A stretch of DNA of 64,000 bases from an uncultured Dysgonomonas sp. (GTDB lineage Bacteria > Bacteroidota > Bacteroidia > Bacteroidales > Dysgonomonadaceae), in NCBI RefSeq assembly GCF_934668725.1, contig NZ_CAKUOF010000017.1, forward strand, positions 3,336-67,335, read 5' to 3'. Positions within the stretch are counted from its first letter, which is position 1; each line of letters opens with the position of its first letter. A program made the position numbers and the translations under genes. Positions 30,690-41,378 of this stretch are shown here, piece by piece. Under the pieces are notes generated by a model. That model was not told the DNA's origin. It saw only the letters and a list, made by a program, of their open reading frames with translations, and ran no database searches.

Positions 30690-32993
30690 ATGAAAATTAT
30701 GAAATTACAATATATACTCGCCATACTACTTCTTTCAATATCATTAATGCACATATATGCAGGTCCCGAACACATAGTACATATTTCCGGACAAGTAATA
30801 GATGCTAAAACAAAGGAGCCAATAGTTGATGCCACAATTTCTTTGGAAGGAACACGCTCTCAGGCTCTATCAGATGATGATGGAAATTTCCTGATAAAAA
30901 ATATTCATTCCGGAAAATATATAATACAAGTACAAGCATTAGGCTATGCTATAGAAAGGCAAGAAATAAACCTAGCCCCTTATAGCACAAAAAAAATAGT
31001 AATAGAGCTCAACTTCGAAAATTACGAATTAGCAGAAGTTGCTGTAACAGCTTCCATTTCCAAGCTAAAAAGAGATATTTCTCCCATTGTTGTTTCACAA
31101 CTTACGCCAAAAACATTCGAGGCAACTCAATCTCTAACCCTTTCTCAAGGGTTAAACTTTAGTCCTGGAGTACGGGTTGAAACGACTTGCCAGAATTGTG
31201 GTTCGCAAGAGGTAAGGATTAATGGACTAGAAGGTCATTACTCTGAAATACTAATTAATAGCCAACCTGTAGTCGGAGCATTGACCAAAACTTATGGCTT
31301 AGATCAAATTCCTCTTAATATGGTAGATGAAATAAATATCATACGAGGTGGAAACTCCGCTCTGTATGGATCACATGCTATAGGAGGAGTTATAGATATT
31401 ATTACAAAAGAACCGGAGAATAATTATTATGAAATCAAGTATAATCTTTCTCTTATCGAGGGAAAATCTGCTGACAATATGCTATTATTCAACACATCGC
31501 TCATTGATAAGAGTAAGACGTCAGGCATTAGTGTATTTGGTAATATGAGAAGTCGGAACCCTTGGGATGCTAATGATGATGGATTTTCTGAAATTGGTAA
31601 AAACAGAGCATCTTCTTTAGGTTTCAGTTCATTCTTAAAACCTAGTAAGGACAGTAAAATTGCAGCAGAATATCGATACACCTCGGAAGAACGAAGAGGA
31701 GGGGACAGCTTTAATAAACCTCCACACGAAGCAAATATAGCAGAATACAGCCACTTTAAGATACATTCGGGCTCTGTAGACTATTCTCAGCATCTTAAAG
31801 GCAATAAGCACCGTTTAAATATACACCTATCTATCCAAGATGCTTATCGTGATAGTTATTTCGGAGCAGAGCACGAACCAAATGGATATGGGAAAACCAC
31901 AGAATTAACTTTAATTGGAAATGTTAAGTACGAGATGAATATAAATAACCTTTTATTTATGCCTGCCAAATTTGTAAGTGGATACACTCAAAGCCACGAC
32001 ATGCTGCGAAATGAAATTCCGGGATATAATTACAAACAAAATCAAAATATCAATATTGGAACTTTATATTTTCAAAATGAATGGCAAAACGAAAGATTAT
32101 CCATAGCTATTGGAGCACGATTAGAAAAGCATTCTCTTGTTGATAATCTAAATATTATGCCAAGAGTGAATGCACGATATAAAATAGTTAGAGATGTCAA
32201 TTTACGAGGAGGATATACTGTCGGATATAGAGCACCGGAAATTACAGGAGGAGACTTAGATATACCAATACAAGGAGGAAAAGCAACCTTATTAAGTTTT
32301 TCCGACAATATAAAACCTGAACGATCTCGAAGTTTCTCCGGAGGGCTTGATACTAAATTTTACAACGAAGATTTTTATTCATACTTTCTAATAGAAGGAT
32401 TCTTCACCCGCATAGATAATGCATTCATAGATCGATTTATTGGCGAAAATGAAACAGGAAATACACTGGTACAAAGAGAAAACGCCAACAGAGCCACCAT
32501 ATCAGGAATCAATTTTGAAACATCGATACAACCATACGGATGGCTTCAAATAGATGGTGGATATACTATTCAAAAAGGTCGATACAAATCACCTGAAAGA
32601 TGGTCAGACGACGAAACCATAGAACCTACTAGAAATATACTAAGATCACCGGAACAATATGGTTTTATATCAGCAACAGCTAGCCCACGATCACCATTCT
32701 CTATTGCTTTTTCAGGAACCTATACAGGATCTATGTATGTACCACATCTCGCCGGATATATCGAAAATGATGAGTTAAAGAAAACACCTCAGTTTTTTGA
32801 TATGACAACAAAAATTACTTATTCTTTTAAGCTGAATACATACAATAAAGCAGAAATAAGCTGTGGAATACAAAATATTTTTAACAGTAGACAACATGAT
32901 TTTGATAAAGGAATCAATCGAGATGCAGACTATATATACGGTCCATCTTTACCCCGAACTTACTTTATAGGATTGAAATTAAGCTCTTTCTAA
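30690..32993 (+). CDS. TonB-dependent receptor with N-terminal carboxypeptidase-regulatory-like domain (non-SusC type; no SusD partner)
   Basis: Signal peptide, a CarbopepD_reg-like domain (ISGQVIDAKTKEPIVDATISLEG), a plug region (NIIRGGNSALYGSHAIGGVIDI) and a C-terminal barrel ending LKLSSF. Confidence 0.8.
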   Translation: MKIMKLQYILAILLLSISLMHIYAGPEHIVHISGQVIDAKTKEPIVDATISLEGTRSQALSDDDGNFLIKNIHSGKYIIQVQALGYAIERQEINLAPYSTKKIVIELNFENYELAEVAVTASISKLKRDISPIVVSQLTPKTFEATQSLTLSQGLNFSPGVRVETTCQNCGSQEVRINGLEGHYSEILINSQPVVGALTKTYGLDQIPLNMVDEINIIRGGNSALYGSHAIGGVIDIITKEPENNYYEIKYNLSLIEGKSADNMLLFNTSLIDKSKTSGISVFGNMRSRNPWDANDDGFSEIGKNRASSLGFSSFLKPSKDSKIAAEYRYTSEERRGGDSFNKPPHEANIAEYSHFKIHSGSVDYSQHLKGNKHRLNIHLSIQDAYRDSYFGAEHEPNGYGKTTELTLIGNVKYEMNINNLLFMPAKFVSGYTQSHDMLRNEIPGYNYKQNQNINIGTLYFQNEWQNERLSIAIGARLEKHSLVDNLNIMPRVNARYKIVRDVNLRGGYTVGYRAPEITGGDLDIPIQGGKATLLSFSDNIKPERSRSFSGGLDTKFYNEDFYSYFLIEGFFTRIDNAFIDRFIGENETGNTLVQRENANRATISGINFETSIQPYGWLQIDGGYTIQKGRYKSPERWSDDETIEPTRNILRSPEQYGFISATASPRSPFSIAFSGTYTGSMYVPHLAGYIENDELKKTPQFFDMTTKITYSFKLNTYNKAEISCGIQNIFNSRQHDFDKGINRDADYIYGPSLPRTYFIGLKLSSF

Positions 32994-33155
32994 AAAAAGA
33001 AAAAATTGCATCTCGTTCACATATTATCTAAAACTAACAGAAGAATATAAATATTACGCTGTTAATATAGACTAATGAGATGCAATTTTTATTGGGTTCT
33101 ATAAATTTGATGTTATCTTTGTTATATAGAATAATACTTTATTCTGTTAATAGAA

Positions 33156-33791
33156 ATGCTTGATACTATACTAAAAGGAATATTCATAGGACTATTAGTC
33201 TCAGCACCTATGGGTCCCATAGGCGTCTTATGCATACAAAGAACTTTGAACGAAGGTCGGCTTCACGGATTTATATCGGGATTAGGAGCCTCTTTATCAG
33301 ACATTGTATATGCCATAATATCAGGATTGGGAATTAGTTTTGTTATGGATTTTGTAGAAGAAAATCATTATCCGCTACAAATAGCTGGTAGTTTTCTTCT
33401 TCTTATTGCTGGCTACTATATTTATCGATCTAATCCGGCAAAAAAATTATTTAGACAAGATGAAAAGACATCTCCTTATTGGAAAAACCTGGTTTCTTCA
33501 TTTTTCATAAATCTGACAAACATAGGCATCTTATTTTTCTTCATAGCTATGTTTGCACGCTTCAATTTTATAGATGCTAACAACTCATCAAAAAATATAG
33601 TTGGAATTTTATCTATTGGCTTAGGTACAGTTATCTGGTGGCTACTCGTATCTACCGTTGTTGATAAAGTTCGATCAAAATTTAATCCAAGAGGGCTCAA
33701 GATATTTAATAATATTCTAGGGATAATATTGTTTACAATAGGTGTTGTGGGATTAATAACTGCAGCCTACACTTTATTTGAAAGGGTATAG
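33156..33791 (+). CDS. LysE/RhtB-family amino-acid exporter
   Basis: 211 aa with 6 TM helices. The N-terminus (ILKGIFIGLLVSAPMGPIGVLCIQRTL) is LysE-like. Confidence 0.7.
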   Translation: MLDTILKGIFIGLLVSAPMGPIGVLCIQRTLNEGRLHGFISGLGASLSDIVYAIISGLGISFVMDFVEENHYPLQIAGSFLLLIAGYYIYRSNPAKKLFRQDEKTSPYWKNLVSSFFINLTNIGILFFFIAMFARFNFIDANNSSKNIVGILSIGLGTVIWWLLVSTVVDKVRSKFNPRGLKIFNNILGIILFTIGVVGLITAAYTLFERV

Positions 33792-33820
33792 TCCAAGGAT
33801 TATTTAAAATCCTACTCAAA

Positions 33821-33860
33821 ATAAAAGAGTGAATACAAATTGTATTCACTCTTTTTTCTT
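33821..33860. terminator. bidirectional rho-independent terminator between LysE gene (+) and nuoN (-)
   Basis: Stem aagagtgaataca (33825-33837) pairs with tgtattcactctt (33841-33853), followed by a T run; an A-rich stretch lies on the other side. Confidence 0.75.
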
Positions 33861-33895
33861 AAACAATATATCTTCTAAAATTATTATATTCAGGG

Positions 33896-35293
33896 TTATA
33901 ATGATAAATTCATTATAATAGAAGGATAAATACCTAAAATCAGATTAAGTATTATAGCTATAGTAGCTACGAGAACGTATCTAACAGGTACTTTTAATGC
34001 TCCTTCACTTGATGGCTCTTGAGTGAACATCACATTAGCCGTACCAAAGTAATAGAAGATAGCGATAATCGAATTAATTATACCAAATATTACAAGAATT
34101 AAATATCCGGCATCTACCATCTGGGTAAACATAAACAGTTTAGCAAAGAAGCCAGCAAATACGGGTATACCTCCTAAAGAAACCAAAGCACAGGTTAGGA
34201 TTCCAGCCATTAAAGGATTCCGTCTGGCTAATCCATAAAGATTCTCTATATTTTCGTGGCCTTTACCCTCGCTTACAGCCATAATTACAGCAAAAGCTGC
34301 AATACCGGCCAATGAGTAAGCAGCTGCATAATACAATAAACTATTTGTTGCATTACTACTGTTAGAAAGTAAATCCATCATCATAAATCCGGCATGAGAT
34401 ATCCCGGAGTACGCCATCATTCGCTTTAAGCTTTTTTGGTTTAAAGCAGTAATATTTCCAACTGTGAGAGATAGTATAGAGAATACAACAATTGATATTT
34501 GTACAGCAGGAGTCATTGCAACTCCGAATATGACTACAGATTTATATAGAGCTGCAATTGCAGCAACCTTTACTAAGGTACTCATCAGCGTTGTAACCAA
34601 TGTAGGCGAACCTTCGTACACATCGGGTGCCCAAAAATGAAAAGGAACTACCGAAGCTTTAAATAAAAGACCAACGAGAATCATTACAAATCCCAAATTA
34701 AACCATATAGGCAATGAATCACCACTTTTTATAACAGATAGTATGGTTATAGTTTCTATATCAAAAGAGCCTATTGCTCCATAAACCAAAGCTATACCAA
34801 ATAGTATAAAACTCGAGGCAAAAGCTCCCATTATAAAATACTTCATTCCTGCTTCATTACTACTCACTCTTGCCGGACTACTCGATGCCAATACATAAGC
34901 TGAGATAGATAATACTTCGATACCAATAAAAAACATCGAAAGATTACCGAATGAAACCATAGCTATTGCTCCTGCTAAAAGGAAAATTTTAAGAGATACA
35001 TAATCTGCAATCTTCTCTATTTTGTCCTTGTAAAATTCAGGACTCATTGCAATAATTAAAGTTGCAAGAGTAATAAACAATATAGAAAAACCTCGAGAGT
35101 AACTGGTACTTACAATCATATTATAACTATCGGCATAGAAAAATGATTCACCCGAATAAAATTCAGCAACAGTCATTCCCAATATACCCAATAACACTAA
35201 TAGGGTTAAAGGGACAAGTATTTTTCTCAAATTTAAAATCTCTAATAAAAGACAAACAATGCCCAATCCAGAGACAGCTATCAATGTACTCAT
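33896..35293 (-). CDS. nuoN: NADH-quinone oxidoreductase subunit N
   Basis: 465 aa polytopic antiporter-like subunit; last gene of the nuoA-N operon. Confidence 0.85.
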   Translation of the reverse strand: MSTLIAVSGLGIVCLLLEILNLRKILVPLTLLVLLGILGMTVAEFYSGESFFYADSYNMIVSTSYSRGFSILFITLATLIIAMSPEFYKDKIEKIADYVSLKIFLLAGAIAMVSFGNLSMFFIGIEVLSISAYVLASSSPARVSSNEAGMKYFIMGAFASSFILFGIALVYGAIGSFDIETITILSVIKSGDSLPIWFNLGFVMILVGLLFKASVVPFHFWAPDVYEGSPTLVTTLMSTLVKVAAIAALYKSVVIFGVAMTPAVQISIVVFSILSLTVGNITALNQKSLKRMMAYSGISHAGFMMMDLLSNSSNATNSLLYYAAAYSLAGIAAFAVIMAVSEGKGHENIENLYGLARRNPLMAGILTCALVSLGGIPVFAGFFAKLFMFTQMVDAGYLILVIFGIINSIIAIFYYFGTANVMFTQEPSSEGALKVPVRYVLVATIAIILNLILGIYPSIIMNLSL

Positions 35294-35323
35294 TATATAT
35301 TTTAGCTAAACAGTTATCTATTT

Positions 35324-35351
35324 AAGGATTCAAACCTTTTTATTTCTTTAG
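35324..35351 (-). repeat. intercistronic hairpin element upstream of nuoN (aaggattcaaacctt + tttatttctttag)
   Basis: The 17 nt cctttttatttctttag are identical to 36860-36876 upstream of nuoM; a short stem aagg/cctt precedes it. See findings. Confidence 0.6.
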
Positions 35352-35399
35352 TTACGTAATTAATCAACCGATGATAATTTGGAAACTATATCTTTGAAC

Positions 35400-36833
35400 T
35401 TATCTATTAACATACATCAATATCTCTTGAAGACTGGGCGATACCAAATCGACAATAGGCTTAGAGTACAAACCGAAAAACAATAAAACAGCGGCCAAAA
35501 CAATAAAAACAAGGCCCTCATTTACAGTTAAATCAGCAAATACTTTATTGCGTGATTCTCCAAGCATTACATGTTGATACATGTGCAACATAAAGAATGC
35601 ACCTAAAAACATAGATGTACCTATAAAAATAGTATACCAAATACTTACTTGATATAAGCCGTACATAATTGTCAATTCACCTACAAAGTTAAAAGACAAG
35701 GGTATAGCTATAGAAGCCATTATCATAAGGAAAAATGCTATTGTAAACTTAGGTGCCAAGCCTTTAATTCCCCCCATTTGACTGATCAAAGGAGTATTGA
35801 ATCGTCTGTATATAACTTCAGATCCAAAGAAAAGTCCCACAACTCCAAAACCATGAGCTACCATTAGCAATACTGCTCCTTGAATACCATCCATCGTTAA
35901 TGCATATATTCCGGCCGCAATAAATCCAACGTGAGCTAAAGATGCATAAGCAAAAAATCGCTTTAGGTTATCCTGCTTAAGAGCTACAATAGAACCATAA
36001 ATTACACCGATTATCGACAAGGTCAAGACAATCGTCTGCATACTATGAGCAGCATGAGGAGCAATAGGTAACTGCCAACGAATAGCGCTATACAATGCCA
36101 TTTTAGACATCAAAGCTCCTAAAAGCAATGTACCTACTAGAGGAGCTTTCTGATATACATTTGCCTGCCAAGTATGAAATGGGAAAATTGGAATTTTAAT
36201 CGCATATGCAAAAAAGAAAGCTAAGAAAATCCATAATTGTTCAGTCTCACTCAAGTTAGCATTGTATAAATCGTGCAATTGGAAACTTCCTGTTTTCGTA
36301 TACAAGTATATAATGGCTCCCAACATAAAAAGAGAACCTGCAAATGTATAAATGAAAAATGTCATTGCTGATCTTCTCCGTTTTGATTTCGAACCATTTC
36401 CCCATAATACTACAATAAAATAAATTGGTATTAGAGATAATTCCCAAAACACGTAGTATAATAAAGCATCACTGCTTAAAAATACTCCAGTCATAGCAAA
36501 CGCCATAAACAGAATTAAGCTATAGAGTAATTTTTCGAACGGAACTGTATGTGATACAGCTGTAAGTAAAATAATCGGTAACAATATAGAAGTTAGCAAT
36601 ACCATCACTAGGGATAAACCGTCAGCTTTAAGCGAAAACATCACCGATGGGCTATTGATCCACTGAACACTAAAATTTGCTCCTGTATCGTGATATTCTA
36701 ATAATAAAGCAATAGAAAATATTGCAGTTATTACAGCAAACAACATAGCCACTTTAGGAGCCCATTTATTTCCTGAAAGATAAGTAAGAATTGCACCTAC
36801 TAATAGAATGATTAATATAATAGCGATATTCAT
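35400..36833 (-). CDS. nuoM: NADH-quinone oxidoreductase subunit M
   Basis: 477 aa antiporter-like subunit. Confidence 0.85.
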   Translation of the reverse strand: MNIAIILIILLVGAILTYLSGNKWAPKVAMLFAVITAIFSIALLLEYHDTGANFSVQWINSPSVMFSLKADGLSLVMVLLTSILLPIILLTAVSHTVPFEKLLYSLILFMAFAMTGVFLSSDALLYYVFWELSLIPIYFIVVLWGNGSKSKRRRSAMTFFIYTFAGSLFMLGAIIYLYTKTGSFQLHDLYNANLSETEQLWIFLAFFFAYAIKIPIFPFHTWQANVYQKAPLVGTLLLGALMSKMALYSAIRWQLPIAPHAAHSMQTIVLTLSIIGVIYGSIVALKQDNLKRFFAYASLAHVGFIAAGIYALTMDGIQGAVLLMVAHGFGVVGLFFGSEVIYRRFNTPLISQMGGIKGLAPKFTIAFFLMIMASIAIPLSFNFVGELTIMYGLYQVSIWYTIFIGTSMFLGAFFMLHMYQHVMLGESRNKVFADLTVNEGLVFIVLAAVLLFFGLYSKPIVDLVSPSLQEILMYVNR

Positions 36834-36850
36834 GTCTCTTTTTTAATTTT

Positions 36851-36876
36851 AGGTCTCAGACCTTTTTATTTCTTTA
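36851..36876 (-). repeat. intercistronic palindrome aggtctcagacct + tttatttctttag upstream of nuoM
   Basis: Perfect 6-bp inverted repeat aggtct/agacct, 18-30 nt upstream of the nuoM start. The same core recurs at 6403-6415, 46205-46217, 26632-26644 and 39681-39693. Confidence 0.6.
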
Positions 36877-36940
36877 GAAATTATGACAAATTATAGTTGT
36901 TATAATTTTGAATATATCATTAACTAGCTGAAATTATTAC

Positions 36941-38833
36941 TTAAGTCAGAAATAAATAGATTACCAGCGCGCAAAATCCTACAACAAAGAATGACAGGTA
37001 AAAACCGACACTTCCGTTCTGTAAAGCTTTTGCCGGAGCAGATAACCCTTTAGCTACTAAAGCAAAGCCAAATACAACTCCTGTTATTATACTTTCCACA
37101 ACATTTTTAAAGAAGCTAGCCATAGCATATATGGGCTTTATAAATATTGAGTTATATATTTCGTCGATATAATATTTATTGTAAAGTACCTTAGCAAATC
37201 CTCTAATTTTATCATCTTCTTCGGGAACAGCCGATTTAGTCATATACTTATAATAAGCGAGACTCAAACCAATAAGAGCGATTAGTGTAGAAACACCCAT
37301 GAAGACCAACTGCTCTGTTGAGAATCCATGTGCTTCGACAGTACCTCCTTCACCTGAGAATATAGGAGACAGATAATGATTCAACCAACTATATCCAAAT
37401 GGTAAACTTATAAGACCACCCACTGTAGCCAACACAGCTAACACAATAAGTGGGATAGTCATTGTTGACGGAGACTCATGTAAATGCTTCTTTTGTTCGG
37501 CAGTACCTCTAAATTCTTTGAAGAATGTTAGATACAACACTCGGAACATATAGAACGCAGTTAGCAATGATGCCAACATTGCAACCACCCAAAGTATAGG
37601 ACTATTTTGGAAGGCAACCAACATTATTTCGTCTTTCGAGAAGAAACCTGCAAATGGGGGGATTCCCGAAATTGATAATGTAGAAATAAGGAATGTAATA
37701 TAAGTAATTGACATAACTCCTTTTAATCCACCCATCTTTCTCATATCCTGCTCACCTCCCATTGCATGGATAACTGAACCTGATCCCAAGAATAAACAAG
37801 CTTTAAAGAAAGCATGCGTAATTACATGGAATACCGCCACCTCATAAGCACCAAGTCCTAAAGCCAAAAACATAAGGCCTAATTGGGATACAGTAGAGTA
37901 TGCCAGTACTTTTTTAATATCTGTCTGCATAATACCTATCGAAGCTGCAAACAATGCAGTTATTGCACCAATAACAGCTATAAAATATTGTATATCAGGT
38001 GTTAAATCAAACAGGAAATTTAATCGTGTAATCATAAATATACCTGCTGTTACCATCGTTGCGGCATGTATTAATGCAGAAACAGGTGTTGGACCAGCCA
38101 TTGCATCAGGTAACCAAGTATATAGAGGTATTTGAGCACTTTTACCCATAGCTCCAACAAATAAACAGAAAGCAGCTACGCCCAATAAAGCGGAAACTTC
38201 TGGACTGGTAGTTGTAGACAATGCAAGTTTTAATGTTGCGAAATCTACAGTATTAAATAAATACGCTAATGTAAAGACTCCGGTTAAGAAACCTAAATCC
38301 CCTATCCTATTCATTATAAATGCCTTTTTAGCAGCATCATTAAATTCTTGATTCTTATACCAAAATCCAATCAATAAGTATGAACACAATCCAACGCCTT
38401 CCCATCCGATAAACATTACCAGAAGATTATTGGCTGTTACCAGCACAATCATAAAGAAGATAAACAGATTGAGGTATGAGAAAAAGCGATCTACATTCTC
38501 ATCATCATGCATATATCCTATCGAATAGATATGTATCAAAGCCCCGATACCTGTCACAACTAATAACCATAGCAAAGAAAGCTGATCGAGAACAAAAGCT
38601 AGGTTCACAGAGAATTTACCGAAAGCCACCCATTCACAAAGGTGAACTTCTATAGCCTGTCCGGTTGAAAGAATCTGTATAAAATAAAAGAGAGAGATTG
38701 CAAAACTACCAGTTACCGCTAGTGTAGCAATTATACCAGGTAACGAACGTCCAATCTTTTTACCTACACTCAGATTGATTAAGAAACCAACCAGAGGAAA
38801 AATTAAAAGTAATAATACTAACCCTGTTTCCAT
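36941..38833 (-). CDS. nuoL: NADH-quinone oxidoreductase subunit L
   Basis: 630 aa antiporter-like subunit with a long C-terminal extension. Confidence 0.85.
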   Translation of the reverse strand: METGLVLLLLIFPLVGFLINLSVGKKIGRSLPGIIATLAVTGSFAISLFYFIQILSTGQAIEVHLCEWVAFGKFSVNLAFVLDQLSLLWLLVVTGIGALIHIYSIGYMHDDENVDRFFSYLNLFIFFMIVLVTANNLLVMFIGWEGVGLCSYLLIGFWYKNQEFNDAAKKAFIMNRIGDLGFLTGVFTLAYLFNTVDFATLKLALSTTTSPEVSALLGVAAFCLFVGAMGKSAQIPLYTWLPDAMAGPTPVSALIHAATMVTAGIFMITRLNFLFDLTPDIQYFIAVIGAITALFAASIGIMQTDIKKVLAYSTVSQLGLMFLALGLGAYEVAVFHVITHAFFKACLFLGSGSVIHAMGGEQDMRKMGGLKGVMSITYITFLISTLSISGIPPFAGFFSKDEIMLVAFQNSPILWVVAMLASLLTAFYMFRVLYLTFFKEFRGTAEQKKHLHESPSTMTIPLIVLAVLATVGGLISLPFGYSWLNHYLSPIFSGEGGTVEAHGFSTEQLVFMGVSTLIALIGLSLAYYKYMTKSAVPEEDDKIRGFAKVLYNKYYIDEIYNSIFIKPIYAMASFFKNVVESIITGVVFGFALVAKGLSAPAKALQNGSVGFYLSFFVVGFCALVIYLFLT

Positions 38834-38839
38834 TCAAAA

Positions 38840-39160
38840 TTACCCTTTCAAGTTTTTTAATTTATCGATATCAATAGAACCGATATTTCTATAGATTGAG
38901 ACTAATATAGCCAACCCTACTGCAACTTCTGCTGCTGCAACTGCCATCGCAAAGATGACAAAAACCTGCCCGCTTGCATCCTGATGATAAACCGAAAATA
39001 CGGCTAACAACAAATTTGCTGCTGCGAGCATTAATTCTACCGACATCAGCATTACTATTGTACTGCGTCGATACAGAATACCAAGTACACCTACACAAAA
39101 CAATAGTGTCGACAGATAGATGTAATTATTAATACCAACTTGTTCTAATATATCCAGCAT
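38840..39160 (-). CDS. nuoK: NADH-quinone oxidoreductase subunit K
   Basis: 106 aa, 3 TM helices. Confidence 0.8.
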   Translation of the reverse strand: MLDILEQVGINNYIYLSTLLFCVGVLGILYRRSTIVMLMSVELMLAAANLLLAVFSVYHQDASGQVFVIFAMAVAAAEVAVGLAILVSIYRNIGSIDIDKLKNLKG

Positions 39161-39163
39161 ATC

Positions 39164-39667
39164 TTAAGCTTTTTTCTCTCTTTTTGAAATCAATACAGCC
39201 CCAATCATCGCAGTAATAAGCAAGATGGATGCAAATTCGAATGGCACTAAATATTCGTCAAGTAGTACTTGTCCTATAACTTCAACCGACTGAAAGTCTA
39301 TATTGGCAGTTTTATAAGATTCTATTGTAATATTTGCTTTCAGAAACACAGCCAATATTACAATTGCGGTTAAACATCCCGCTACTACAGCAGCAATACG
39401 GCTAGCTATTTTTTTCTTCGGTTCATGCTGATCACTCAAATTCATAAGCATCAATGTAAATAGCAATAATATCATAATAGCACCTGTATATACGATAATA
39501 TGTACTACGGATAAAAATTGTGCATTAAGCATTAGAAAATGACCTGCAATTGAAAAAAAGCAGATAACCATATAAATAGCACTATGTATAGGATTTTTTG
39601 CAAGAACTGTCAAAATACCAGTACCTAGAGTAATTGTTGCCAGAATATAAAAAATTATCGTTATCAT
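39164..39667 (-). CDS. nuoJ: NADH-quinone oxidoreductase subunit J
   Basis: 167 aa membrane subunit. Confidence 0.8.
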   Translation of the reverse strand: MITIIFYILATITLGTGILTVLAKNPIHSAIYMVICFFSIAGHFLMLNAQFLSVVHIIVYTGAIMILLLFTLMLMNLSDQHEPKKKIASRIAAVVAGCLTAIVILAVFLKANITIESYKTANIDFQSVEVIGQVLLDEYLVPFEFASILLITAMIGAVLISKREKKA

Positions 39668-39704
39668 TTTATATATGTTAAGATCACAGACCTAATTTAA
39701 CTCG

Positions 39705-40259
39705 TTATTCTTTTATTGGTTTAAGCCCTTCAAACTTTCCAGACTTTCCATCTTCTACTGAAATTACCAATTTATCTTTTCCGTAGATAAAGTTTTGTCT
39801 CGTTATATCCGGTTTTACATGCTTTTGAGACTTAGTCAAATAGATTGCATCTTTTGGACAGGCTTCTTCACACAATCCGCAAAAAATACAACGCAACATA
39901 TTAATTTCATAAATAGCTGCATATTTTTCTTCACGATACAAGTGCATTTCATCCTTGGTGCGTTCAGCCGCTTTCATCGTAATAGCTTCTGCGGGACATG
40001 ACAGAGCACATAGCCCACAAGCAGTACAACGTTCGCGCCCCTCTTCATCTCTCATCAATACATGTTGTCCTCTGTAAACAGGACTGTATTCTCGTTTTTG
40101 TTCTGGATATTGTACAGTCACTTTTTTTGAAAAAAAATGCTTGATAGTAATCATCATTCCTTTAAATATCGCAATAAGATAAAGACGTTCCCAAAAAGTC
40201 ATTTCTTTATTTGAGGCAACAGCCTTTCTTCCCGATAATGATATATTTTCTATTGCCAT
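39705..40259 (-). CDS. nuoI: NADH-quinone oxidoreductase subunit I (2x[4Fe-4S] ferredoxin)
   Basis: Two CxxCxxCxxxCP motifs (CTACGLCALSCP and CIFCGLCEEACP). Confidence 0.85.
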   Translation of the reverse strand: MAIENISLSGRKAVASNKEMTFWERLYLIAIFKGMMITIKHFFSKKVTVQYPEQKREYSPVYRGQHVLMRDEEGRERCTACGLCALSCPAEAITMKAAERTKDEMHLYREEKYAAIYEINMLRCIFCGLCEEACPKDAIYLTKSQKHVKPDITRQNFIYGKDKLVISVEDGKSGKFEGLKPIKE

Positions 40260-40268
40260 AGCGAGTAA

Positions 40269-41300
40269 TTATTTAAAAATCAAAACCAATACGCCCACCA
40301 ACAAAATATTGAATAATGCTAATGGAAACAATATTTTCCAGCCCAATCTCATTAACTGATCGTATCTGAAACGAGGAATAGTCCATCGTATCCACATATA
40401 AAAGAATATGAAAAATGATATTTTAACTAACAAAGATAAAAGAGCTAAGACATTTGCCATATTTACTCCCCAATTATCAGCAACCCACTCCATTCCAGGA
40501 TAATTATATCCTCCAAAAAATAGGATTGAAATCAGTGCTGATGAGAAGAACATACTTACATATTCGGAGAACATATAAAATCCCATCTTCATGGAAGAAA
40601 ATTCTGTATGGTGTCCGTTAACCAACTCCGACTCACATTCAGCCAAATCGAAAGGTGTACGGTTACACTCAGCAAAGGAACAAATCAAGAATATAAGTAA
40701 TGTTAGAGGTTGATAAAATGCATTCCAACCAAAACCGGCCTGTTGTTCAGTTATTTCACGAAGACTTAATGTTCCTGTCATCATTACCAACGCTATCAAT
40801 GACAAGCCCATTGCAACTTCATATGAAATCATCTGAGCTCCTGCACGTATACCACCTAGTAACGAGAACTTATTATTAGATGCCCATGCACCTATTACTA
40901 TACCATAGATAGCAGTAGACATAACAGCTACAACATAAAGAAGTGCAATGTTTACATCTGCTACCTGAGGAATATATTCTACACCTGCAATTACAAATTT
41001 ATTTGCCCAAGGAATAATAGCACTACCAAGAAGAGATACTATCATGGCGACAGCGGGTCCAACAGTAAATAAGATTTTATTAGGTGTATCGGGCATAAAC
41101 TCCTCTTTCGAGAAAAGCTTGGCTCCATCAGCCAATGGTTGTAAGATTCCAAATATCCCAGCACGGTTAGGACCATATCGGTCTTGTATAAAGCCTGCAA
41201 TTTTACGCTCAGCCAAAGTCGAATACAATGCAAAAAACATTGTAACGGCAAAGACTATTACAATAAGAATAAGCTTTTCTAATATAAATGAAATTTCCAT
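40269..41300 (-). CDS. nuoH: NADH-quinone oxidoreductase subunit H
   Basis: 343 aa, ND1-like. Confidence 0.85.
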   Translation of the reverse strand: MEISFILEKLILIVIVFAVTMFFALYSTLAERKIAGFIQDRYGPNRAGIFGILQPLADGAKLFSKEEFMPDTPNKILFTVGPAVAMIVSLLGSAIIPWANKFVIAGVEYIPQVADVNIALLYVVAVMSTAIYGIVIGAWASNNKFSLLGGIRAGAQMISYEVAMGLSLIALVMMTGTLSLREITEQQAGFGWNAFYQPLTLLIFLICSFAECNRTPFDLAECESELVNGHHTEFSSMKMGFYMFSEYVSMFFSSALISILFFGGYNYPGMEWVADNWGVNMANVLALLSLLVKISFFIFFYMWIRWTIPRFRYDQLMRLGWKILFPLALFNILLVGVLVLIFK

Positions 41301-41378
41301 ATTACTCTAAGTCGTTTCAACTATTTATTATCAGTTTTAAACTAGCTATAACCTTTATTGGCTATCCATAGTTTAACC

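Noticed and set aside
36851-36876. The hairpin + T-run elements in nuo spacers read as + strand intrinsic terminators
   Set aside because: There are no + strand genes upstream of them. They lie inside a minus-strand operon, so a conventional terminator role for annotated + genes is excluded. They are reported instead as a recurring intercistronic palindrome of unknown function.
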